A stretch of DNA of 26,532 nt from a virus (taxonomy: Duplodnaviria; Caudoviricetes). The notes under the pieces are model-generated. The model was given only the letters and a program-made list of their open reading frames with translations. It ran no database searches and was not told the origin of the DNA. The DNA lies in the IMG/VR virus record IMGVR_UViG_3300049472_000071, positions 1 to 26,532 of that record. The stretch is one strand, 5' to 3'. Shown here one piece after another: positions 1 to 7,431 of this stretch. Each line of letters starts with the position of its first letter. Positions within the stretch are counted from its first letter, which is position 1. Made by a program: the position numbers and the translations under genes.

Positions 1-203
1 ACTCGGTTTCCTCTTTTGATTGACGTATCAGCCTTGGATATAATGTACCTAATCGGCTTGCTGTTATTAGTTGCTTCTATTTTGAATGTGTAGTAATTAC
101 TAGAATTAACTATTTGAATTGATTGTTCATCAATAGGTTTCACTTCCTCTTTTTTAGCACATGAAAAAAAGAAAGGAATTGAAATTATAATTAGCTTTTT
201 CAT
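1..203 (-). CDS. Putative lipoprotein (5' part; runs off the window edge)
   Basis: Manual translation from ATG at 203: MKKLIIISIPFFFSCAKKEEVKPIDEQ..., open to position 1. It has a basic N-terminus, a hydrophobic core and a lipobox-like FFSC followed by AKKEE. Not in the ORF track. Confidence 0.75.
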   Translation of the reverse strand, partial: MKKLIIISIPFFFSCAKKEEVKPIDEQSIQIVNSSNYYTFKIEATNNSKPIRYIISKADTSIKRGNR

Positions 204-213
204 TTGATATAAT

Positions 214-681
214 TTAAGATAATGGAAAAAAGTTGCTAGCCATTGTTGCCCACGCTCCATTCGTTTCGTAATGCTTAACATATTTAAAATATATCCACGC
301 CTTACTCATTTTGTAGCCATGATCGGCTGCTGGTTCTGTGTCATGTGCCACAATTATTTTAGCATCATTCGCCCACCTGATAATGTCATCAACTCTTCTT
401 TCCCCAGGAGAATGGTCAATGAATAATACGGATAATTCTTCTATTGGGATCAAATTCCAGTCACTTATTATTTCAGCATTGTATTTTTTTGCCCAATCTT
501 TATCATAATCAAAGCCTTTATACTCTCTATTGTTTTTCTTGCAATACTCTTTTAACAATAGAGTAGAACCATCCCCAACTCCAAACTCAAAAACTTTGCC
601 ATTTTTTGTCAACTCCAAAGCCTCGTAAAGAAACGGTCGGTAACTATTCCAGTTGTCAATAAATGTAAATAGGTCTTTCAT
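214..681 (-). CDS. Class I SAM-dependent methyltransferase-like protein
   Basis: Motif I-like VFEFGVGDGST, acidic GFDYD after strand 2, and LFIDH...IVAHD. ATGA overlap with the upstream gene. Confidence 0.7.
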   Translation of the reverse strand: MKDLFTFIDNWNSYRPFLYEALELTKNGKVFEFGVGDGSTLLLKEYCKKNNREYKGFDYDKDWAKKYNAEIISDWNLIPIEELSVLFIDHSPGERRVDDIIRWANDAKIIVAHDTEPAADHGYKMSKAWIYFKYVKHYETNGAWATMASNFFPLS

Positions 682-1412
682 AATGAATAAAATTTATTGG
701 CGTAATCGTTAAAATCAAAATATTCAGAAACTAAGCCTTTGCATTTTGCCCAGTTATTACGTGGCATGTGAGCGTCTATTCTACATGAAGGCTCAATCCA
801 ATTGGCTCTATCATATCTACCCAAAGCAAATCCAGTCGTTTCGTCACCACCTCTTTGTATGTGTGTAATTTGTGAACCATAAAGCCTATCAGTAATTGCT
901 TGTTGGTCAATGTCCCACCACTTAAAAAAGTCATCGCTTGTATTTTTTGACCTATACGTGTGCTGGCATAAATCATAAATACCCTGCTCAATTGTTTTTA
1001 CCTGCATTATTTCAGCCCATTTTTCGCTTGTCATGCCAATGTAGCAAATTGGATATTGAGTGTGACCAGTCAAATCGTGACCGTAAACTGTAATTTCGTT
1101 TTCTGATGGATTAAAATATTTGTCATCTAAAGTAAGCATGTCAATGTCGCCTGTCAACAAATATCCATCCACAAATAAATGCCCAAATAGTCTTGATACT
1201 TGTGATACTGTTTCGTGGCGAACACCTTCTATATTTCCAATGTGATATGATTTTCCTTTAAACTTTGATATTGCGAAGTCAAGTTCTTTTGATTCTCCGT
1301 TTGTAAAAGCAAACACCTCAAAACCTGCACGATTCCAAAAAGCCTCACAAATTGGCAACCAAAAACAATAATCTGGATTTGCGTTTGTGGATATAATTAC
1401 TGTTTTTTTCAT
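678..1412 (-). CDS. Putative GT-A fold glycosyltransferase-like protein
   Basis: DxD motif (TGDIDML), YPICY and a late WDIDQ motif typical of GT-A/nucleotide-diphosphosugar transferases. The start is placed at ATG 1412 (ATGA overlap) rather than TTG 1418. Confidence 0.55.
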   Translation of the reverse strand: MKKTVIISTNANPDYCFWLPICEAFWNRAGFEVFAFTNGESKELDFAISKFKGKSYHIGNIEGVRHETVSQVSRLFGHLFVDGYLLTGDIDMLTLDDKYFNPSENEITVYGHDLTGHTQYPICYIGMTSEKWAEIMQVKTIEQGIYDLCQHTYRSKNTSDDFFKWWDIDQQAITDRLYGSQITHIQRGGDETTGFALGRYDRANWIEPSCRIDAHMPRNNWAKCKGLVSEYFDFNDYANKFYSL

Positions 1413-2233
1413 GCCCAATAAAATATTTTGTTGTATTTTTTTTCAACTTCTAAAATGTCCCCAAACTTACTCCAATGCTTATGAAGGAATTTAAACATTG
1501 CCGTCTCGTACCAACCTGCTGCACCTATATGTCCACAAACATCATTGCTTTCTTTCATTTCAACACATACATTAGGAAGCTCAATATCTTCTATGTAATT
1601 ATAATAACATGTTAGAAATGTTCTAGGCATTCCTAAAATGTAATGTTGCATAATGCTATCACTGCCATGTGTAGCCAATTTTGGATATACTTTTGCATTT
1701 AGGTAATCTTGATCTACTCCTTTTCTTGACCAGTCGTAACTTATACCTTCAAATAAATCTTCCCATTTGTTGACTCCCATGTACATAGTAAACCAATCAG
1801 AAACAAAACCTATCATACCACCTAATAAAGGAATGCAATGACTAACTGAATCGGTTATTGCGTGCGCTGCTTTTGTTCCATTGTTTAGCCATATTTGCAC
1901 AGCTTGCGCTTCACGATAAGTCAAAGGAGAATCTAAGTCACGACAAATAACATGAGTATATTTAGTATTAAATAAAGGCTTTAAACGCCACAGCATAGCT
2001 TTTGTTAATGGTGCATCTTCACATACAACTACCTCAATAGGCAAAGCATCAAACAATTCTTTCAATCCATCGTTTGTATTTTTGTCAACATGTAATACTA
2101 TGTTCCAATCAGGATATAACAAACGTGCCATTCTTATATTTAACGTAAGCCCACGCAAATATGAATTGAAATCAAAACAATCTTTTTGTCGTTCAGCATC
2201 AAAGCCAAATAGGGAATAACTTATAGCTTTCAT
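1409..2233 (-). CDS. Putative GT-A fold glycosyltransferase-like protein
   Basis: ISYSLFG N-terminal strand, MLWR, DxD motif (CRDLDS), LLGGMIG and DQDYL motifs. ATGA overlaps at both ends. Confidence 0.6.
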   Translation of the reverse strand: MKAISYSLFGFDAERQKDCFDFNSYLRGLTLNIRMARLLYPDWNIVLHVDKNTNDGLKELFDALPIEVVVCEDAPLTKAMLWRLKPLFNTKYTHVICRDLDSPLTYREAQAVQIWLNNGTKAAHAITDSVSHCIPLLGGMIGFVSDWFTMYMGVNKWEDLFEGISYDWSRKGVDQDYLNAKVYPKLATHGSDSIMQHYILGMPRTFLTCYYNYIEDIELPNVCVEMKESNDVCGHIGAAGWYETAMFKFLHKHWSKFGDILEVEKKYNKIFYWA

Positions 2234-2766
2234 TTAGAAGGGGTGTAATAATACAAAACTTTTTTCACTTCATATTCTCTTTTCAGCAAGCCTGATTGAT
2301 GTATCTTGGTTGCCCATGCAGTATCTTCACTTATCGTCTGATTAGGAAAAGTAAACTGCTTTGCGATACTTGCTTTGATACAATTTAAATGATTTGGAAA
2401 GCGATAATAAACATTATTTTCTTCATAATATCTATTATATTTTATTGAATGTAGAAAAGTTCTTTCTACTCCGCTTTCGTTTATTATTCCAATCAAAGAG
2501 CAGCAATCGACTTTTTTTAGAATTCCTACCATTATTTGATTAATGTAGTTTTTCGCAATAGTATCATCATCATCTATAAATACAACATAGTCCCCAATTG
2601 CTTTTTCTAAAAGAGCGTTTCTTTTTTCTCCAGTCGTTACACTTCTATTTCGGTCGTCAAACAAAACTTCAATGTCATCAGACAATTGAGGATTTAAGAT
2701 AGCCAGTAACGTATCAAGTTTTGACTTGCGTTCTGGTAATGTTGGGATTAGAATACTTAGAAGCAT
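2230..2766 (-). CDS. Glycosyltransferase family 2 (GT2)-like protein
   Basis: LSILIPT N-terminus, GEKRNALL, GDYVVFIDDDD (DxD) and a late SED catalytic-base motif, the classic GT2 layout. Confidence 0.85.
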   Translation of the reverse strand: MLLSILIPTLPERKSKLDTLLAILNPQLSDDIEVLFDDRNRSVTTGEKRNALLEKAIGDYVVFIDDDDTIAKNYINQIMVGILKKVDCCSLIGIINESGVERTFLHSIKYNRYYEENNVYYRFPNHLNCIKASIAKQFTFPNQTISEDTAWATKIHQSGLLKREYEVKKVLYYYTPSK

Positions 2767-2767
2767 G

Positions 2768-3436
2768 TTATTTATTTTGTCTTAACCAGTTACGATGTGA
2801 TTCACTTTCCTTGCTTGTAAGTTGTTTTGTTTGTTGCCTAACCCAGCTTAAATAAATTTCTTTACCTTCGTTAACCGTCTTATCATTACGCTCGTTAAGT
2901 GCATCCTTTTGGCAACCACCTATCGAATAGTGGTTGTGTTTAATCACAATATCGTTTCTAATAATTAGCTTGCCTTCTAGTTCTGCTTCATGTGTCAAAT
3001 GGGTATCGGCAAACATGTGTTTATATTGTGGAGGGTAAATATAGCCTTTTGACTCGTAGTATTCTACTCCCATAATTGGGAGTGTCACGATGTAGTTCTG
3101 GATACCGTCAAATGTTTTAAGCACCCCATTTTGTGGGCAATGTTCACGAATCAATTCTAAATCGCAAGGCTCGTTAAAGTCATCTGACAATGCAACTACA
3201 ATATCATTACATTTCCATGTTTTCCCCAATTGTTCAGATGCAAAATTAAAAGCTTCAATTGCCGTAACCGAATTAACCACCCAATTAGGGAAGTCAAAAT
3301 AATACATCATTTGGTCTGGCTCAATTGCCATGTGATAAGTATCATTTTTTTTAAGTAGTTTACTCCACGCCTCAAATGTTTTCTTCGCCTGTTCTGGTCT
3401 TGACCTACTGGCATGTATTATGTGTATGTTTCTCAT
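2768..3436 (-). CDS. GT2-like (GT-A) glycosyltransferase
   Basis: IHIIHASRSRP start, AIEAFN, VALSDDF (DxD-like), YKHMFADT and HNH C-terminal histidine motif. Confidence 0.65.
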   Translation of the reverse strand: MRNIHIIHASRSRPEQAKKTFEAWSKLLKKNDTYHMAIEPDQMMYYFDFPNWVVNSVTAIEAFNFASEQLGKTWKCNDIVVALSDDFNEPCDLELIREHCPQNGVLKTFDGIQNYIVTLPIMGVEYYESKGYIYPPQYKHMFADTHLTHEAELEGKLIIRNDIVIKHNHYSIGGCQKDALNERNDKTVNEGKEIYLSWVRQQTKQLTSKESESHRNWLRQNK

Positions 3437-4137
3437 ATGTGTTTACAAGTAATTTCAGGATTAATATTCAACCAATAACTAAACATGCGCTCTAGTACAA
3501 ACGTATGGAAGGGGTAATAAGGGACTCCCATATCAGATAAAAACTTATCCCTTAGTTGTGGGTGTTTTCTAAATCTTGACTCTGTGTATGGGTACTTTGA
3601 ATCTTTCCAAAGCGCACTAAATAGCTTCTCGTTTTTCGGGTCGGACATTAACGCAATACAAGGGTTAAGTATTTCGTTCACATACCTTTTGTAAATATCT
3701 ACCTTAGCAAAAAAAGCATTTCGATAAACTACACATCGCATCTTTTGAGTTGAATTGTAAACGTGTCCTAGCAATCGGAATAATTCTTGATAACAAATGT
3801 CTATTCCTTTGTGAACACGTTCAGCATGTCGAAACATTTCAAAGTTGTCTTTCTTAAAACCAAAGAACGAAACAACATCGCTGCTATTTAATCCGTTCCC
3901 TATTTCTCCAACCGTTATAGGTCTTAGTTCTAGGTTAACTGTTTCATGAAAAAACTTATGTGACAAAACCGCAATATACTCACAATCATTAGTATGATTA
4001 GTGACTATATCGGATATTACTTGATTCTCAAAGAAAGGACTTACTTTTTTGTTTATGATAGGTATTGCAAAATCAATATCAATATTTTTGATACTTTCTT
4101 CATCAAAGGCAATTTGGTACGCTTTATATTTTACCAA
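3433..4137 (-). CDS. Putative glycosyltransferase, DUF4422-like
   Basis: FFENQ, YIAVLSHK, YRNAFFAK..IYKRY and FVLERMFSYW motifs resemble DUF4422-type GT-A domains. It is first in the GT cluster after a small ORF. Confidence 0.5.
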   Translation of the reverse strand: MVKYKAYQIAFDEESIKNIDIDFAIPIINKKVSPFFENQVISDIVTNHTNDCEYIAVLSHKFFHETVNLELRPITVGEIGNGLNSSDVVSFFGFKKDNFEMFRHAERVHKGIDICYQELFRLLGHVYNSTQKMRCVVYRNAFFAKVDIYKRYVNEILNPCIALMSDPKNEKLFSALWKDSKYPYTESRFRKHPQLRDKFLSDMGVPYYPFHTFVLERMFSYWLNINPEITCKHI

Positions 4138-4333
4138 TGCCTTTTAAATATTTTGTGATTTGGGGCTTAATAGCATTACGCCACTTACAAACAGAACATT
4201 GTACCTTGTCTGATATTAGCTTGTTATAAGTCCAACATGCTTGCATGATTTTTTGCTGAACCTCTTTTTGCGACTCACAATGTGCGTCTTCTGGAATAGA
4301 GTTATACAGTTCTAATAAAATATCCTGTTCCAT
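4124..4333 (-). CDS. Small hypothetical protein with CxxC
   Basis: The ORF start is revised to ATG 4333 (MEQDILL...), just downstream of a promoter box. It contains CSVC and overlaps the next gene. Confidence 0.6.
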   Translation of the reverse strand: MEQDILLELYNSIPEDAHCESQKEVQQKIMQACWTYNKLISDKVQCSVCKWRNAIKPQITKYLKGIGKI

Positions 4334-4351
4334 TTTGTGCAACGTTTCGCA

Positions 4352-4359
4352 CAAATATA
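4352..4359 (-). promoter_or_regulatory. Bacteroidota-type -7 promoter element (TATATTTG) for the glycosyltransferase cluster
   Basis: Matches TAnnTTTG, lies immediately after the terminator and 18 nt before ATG 4333. A TTTG is present at 4375-4378. Confidence 0.65.
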
Positions 4360-4361
4360 AT

Positions 4362-4392
4362 AAAAAAGGCGTAACAAAATGCTACGCCTTTT
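4362..4392 (-). terminator. Rho-independent terminator after capsid/major tail genes
   Basis: Minus strand AAAAGGCGTAGCA-TTT-TGTTACGCC-TTTTTT: a 9-bp stem (one G-U) followed by a U6 tract. Flanking A/T runs make it potentially bidirectional. Confidence 0.85.
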
Positions 4393-4414
4393 AAAACTTC
4401 AACTTAAACCAATT

Positions 4415-4954
4415 TTAATTCGCTGTATAATATTCAAGGGCTTGTTGCGTACCACCATTTAGATTCAACCTACGTGGCTTACGTGTTTCTTGACCTGTGA
4501 ATGTCAACGTGTCGCTTGTATCTGTCGCAGCCTCTGTCCCTGATGTTTGAGCATAAGCCGTAACTTCCATCCCATTTTCAAGACCATAAGCAAACCAAAC
4601 ACCGTTGTTATCTTTTGAGAAAATAACAATGTCGGTTACTGCCAACTCCTCAATCACTCCATCATCAGTTGGACTAGTTGTGTATAATTTGCCAGTAAAA
4701 ACATGCTCAAAGAACTTGTTTGCACCTGCTTGCACGACTAGGTTGACTGTCTTAGAGTTACCTCTTTTTTGTCCGACAAACTTGTACATATAAGTATAAG
4801 ACTCCAATACTATACTTGTAATGTACCCGTTTGATTCAGCATAACTTGCAATATTTTCCTTAGAAACAGCGTAGAAAGTTTTGGATATACCTCCTACGCT
4901 TTTAAGGCTAGAGCAATCTATTGTTATGCCTCCTGTTAATAAACATTCTGCCAT
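4415..4954 (-). CDS. Probable major tail (tube) protein
   Basis: 179 aa, beta-rich. CLLTGGITIDC..SVGGI N-terminus and YGLENGM...SGT...LTFTGQE C-terminus fit tail tube proteins of Bacteroidota siphoviruses. It directly follows the capsid gene and precedes a terminator. Confidence 0.65.
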   Translation of the reverse strand: MAECLLTGGITIDCSSLKSVGGISKTFYAVSKENIASYAESNGYITSIVLESYTYMYKFVGQKRGNSKTVNLVVQAGANKFFEHVFTGKLYTTSPTDDGVIEELAVTDIVIFSKDNNGVWFAYGLENGMEVTAYAQTSGTEAATDTSDTLTFTGQETRKPRRLNLNGGTQQALEYYTAN

Positions 4955-4965
4955 AACTATAACTA

Positions 4966-5982
4966 TTAGTATACGTTGGTTGCATTACCATAAGAAACCG
5001 AACTCAAGTCACAATGTACATAATTGTAACCCATTCTATATTGAGCCTCAATGTAGTATTTACGATCTTTCTTTTCGTACCATCCTCTTACAGCACCTTG
5101 GTCACTTGCACGGTCAACACCGATAACATGGTTTTGTCTCCAAGTATACAAGATACGAGATTGGCTTCCAAGTGAATATGCCGAGATAGCGTCGTCCCAT
5201 GCATATATTGGGATTACTTCTACACCTCTAAATAGAATAACACCACCATCTCCTTTAGTTACAAGTTGAACGCCGTTAGCGTTTTGGTCTGCATTCTCTA
5301 AGTTTGTTTGGAAGTTCTCGTAAACATTACCAGTCACTAAGAATACTCTTTCCTCTTTCGGAGTTTGCTTCAAAATGATTGGTGCGCCTTCATAAAGGTT
5401 TCTGAAATAATCAATAGCACGTGTACCAGTAGTTTGATTCAAAACTGCGATATTGTCTTGACGTTTAACACAATAAGAATCTTGAACGCCTGCAAATAAA
5501 CGAGGCCATAAGCCTGTCATGCTGTTTAGGTTTTCATTTGATGAGTTGGTATCGCCAAATGAAAACAACCTAAAGTTATCTCTACGCATACCATCAATCA
5601 TCAATCTGTCGATAATACCTGTGATGATAGCCGATTGACCAACATCATTTGCATCAACACCAGCAGCAAGCAATTCTTCATACACTGTGTTTTCAAAAGC
5701 ATCTTTACACTGCTCTAAGAAAACTTGCATTTCGCTTACAGTCAATGTTCTATTGTCAAGTGCAACCGTTCCAGAAGCTGTTCTTGTGCCGCATCCAGAA
5801 TATGCCTTTACGATATTGCTTAAATTCCCCGCAACTGTAAGTTGATGTTTGTTTTTAATGCCTGATATTACTTTGAAAATTTGTAAAATATCAGGTGTTT
5901 GAACGGAAGGCTTATAAAGAATTTCCGTTGCAATTTGACCATTATAGGTATAGTCAAAATCTACTGTTACTGCATTTGCCAT
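4966..5982 (-). CDS. Major capsid protein (HK97-fold, probable)
   Basis: 338 aa, directly after the protease/scaffold gene, with a strong A-rich start context. FSFGDT, GLW..L, LFRGVEVI and YYIEAQYRMGYNY resemble HK97-type MCP motifs. Confidence 0.75.
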   Translation of the reverse strand: MANAVTVDFDYTYNGQIATEILYKPSVQTPDILQIFKVISGIKNKHQLTVAGNLSNIVKAYSGCGTRTASGTVALDNRTLTVSEMQVFLEQCKDAFENTVYEELLAAGVDANDVGQSAIITGIIDRLMIDGMRRDNFRLFSFGDTNSSNENLNSMTGLWPRLFAGVQDSYCVKRQDNIAVLNQTTGTRAIDYFRNLYEGAPIILKQTPKEERVFLVTGNVYENFQTNLENADQNANGVQLVTKGDGGVILFRGVEVIPIYAWDDAISAYSLGSQSRILYTWRQNHVIGVDRASDQGAVRGWYEKKDRKYYIEAQYRMGYNYVHCDLSSVSYGNATNVY

Positions 5983-6014
5983 TTTTTTTATTTGTTTAAA
6001 GTGTCAATTGTTAA

Positions 6015-7130
6015 TTAAGCTGTTTTTTCAGCAATGATGTTTTTTGCCCACCCAGATAAAGGAGCTTCTTCTAATTCAACTTTCCCTTTTGCTGGAATAG
6101 CCTTGAACGCGGCTTTTGGAGTTACTTTTGTTGAACCTGCTGGAAGTTTTGAAAGTACGTTTTCAATCTTTTCAGTCAAATCAACTAAAGCCAAATCCTT
6201 AGTTTCAATTTCGTTTTGTAACGTAACTGTTTCAGCATTTTTAGCCTCAAGTTCAGAAGTCAAACGAGCAACCTCGTTTTTAAGAAGTTCGATGTCGCCA
6301 GACTTGTCTTCGATTGGCTCTTCTGATGACTCAACAAAACCAGCTTTTACGACAATTGTACGACCGTCTTCCAACGTGTAACTACCATCTTCAAGTGGCA
6401 ACATTGCGCCAGTTTCATCCACCTTATAAATTGCAGCCCCAATAATATCCGCTTCTGCTTCAATGTAAACCATTGTTCCATCTTGCAGCTTTAACTCCAA
6501 GTTTTTAGGCTTGACGAGTTTCATAATCATGTTTTTAAAGCCAGACAACTCTTTTTTGATGTCATCGACTAAGTTTTTGTTCTCTGTCATTTGTTTTGTA
6601 TTTATTTTTGTTACATCGAAATACGCCACCGCTCTAAATGATTCAGTGGATAACTTTGCAAATCCAGCCGTTTCAGCTTCTTTTGCCGTGAAATAAGTTT
6701 CCTTATCCATCATGTCCCATAGTTCACGATTGGATAGACCTGTTTTTTCACCGTATACTTTTATAAGTTCCGCTTTGATAGCGTCTAAATGCTCAGCCGT
6801 TTTGCGCAATTGGTTAGCGTCACCTTCTACCCCTGCAAATGGGTTGTGAATCATGAAGGATGCTGTCTCGTACATGGTAGGGGAATCATTTCCAACCAAT
6901 GCGATAAGTGTAGCAATCGAAGCACAAAAGCCTTCAATAACTACGTTAATTTTTTTACCTGAATTCTTAAGGAGGTTGTAAATCGTATACCCTTCGTATA
7001 CTTCGCCCCCTTGTGATGAAATATGAACGGTAAGGCTATTTGATGTAACTCTGGCTAGTTCGTCTTTTACACGTTCAGCAGTTACGCCACCTTGACCTAT
7101 TGCACCATATATGTAGATATGTGACTCCAT
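6015..7130 (-). CDS. ClpP-type (S14) prohead protease with C-terminal scaffold-like region
   Basis: IYIYGAIG, HISSQGGEVYEG, GFCASIAT (catalytic Ser), FMIHNP (His) and ETYFTAKEA. The acidic/coiled-coil C-terminal half includes LEDGSYTLEDGRTIVV. Confidence 0.9.
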   Translation of the reverse strand: MESHIYIYGAIGQGGVTAERVKDELARVTSNSLTVHISSQGGEVYEGYTIYNLLKNSGKKINVVIEGFCASIATLIALVGNDSPTMYETASFMIHNPFAGVEGDANQLRKTAEHLDAIKAELIKVYGEKTGLSNRELWDMMDKETYFTAKEAETAGFAKLSTESFRAVAYFDVTKINTKQMTENKNLVDDIKKELSGFKNMIMKLVKPKNLELKLQDGTMVYIEAEADIIGAAIYKVDETGAMLPLEDGSYTLEDGRTIVVKAGFVESSEEPIEDKSGDIELLKNEVARLTSELEAKNAETVTLQNEIETKDLALVDLTEKIENVLSKLPAGSTKVTPKAAFKAIPAKGKVELEEAPLSGWAKNIIAEKTA

Positions 7131-7134
7131 ACGC

Positions 7135-7142
7135 CAAATGTA
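7135..7142 (-). promoter_or_regulatory. Bacteroidota-type -7 promoter element (TACATTTG) for protease-capsid-tail tube operon
   Basis: TAnnTTTG match 4 nt upstream of the protease ATG in a 49-nt intergenic gap. Confidence 0.65.
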
Positions 7143-7179
7143 TGAAGTCTAAAAATTAGTTTTGTTGCACGTGTTTGCA

Positions 7180-7431
7180 CTAAAATTGTCTTCGTATTCT
7201 AATTAACGAGTAACGGCTTATGTCATATTTTACCAAAGTGTCATATGTGGCGTTTCTTAGAGGCTTTAATGTATTGGAATGGTGTTCCAATCTTTGCTTA
7301 AAATACTGGAATATCTCATAATGATAATCAAGCGTATAATTTACTATCCCGTTTTTTGCAAGTATGACTGCCACCTTTTCACCTTGACATTCTGGACAGT
7401 CCCTGTTAATTAGTTCTGCAATGTAGCTCAT
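7180..7431 (-). CDS. Hypothetical protein, possible C-terminal HTH
   Basis: 83 aa ORF with ATGA overlap to the tape measure stop. The C-terminus YDTLVKYDISRYSLIRIRR is HTH-like. Confidence 0.6.
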   Translation of the reverse strand: MSYIAELINRDCPECQGEKVAVILAKNGIVNYTLDYHYEIFQYFKQRLEHHSNTLKPLRNATYDTLVKYDISRYSLIRIRRQF

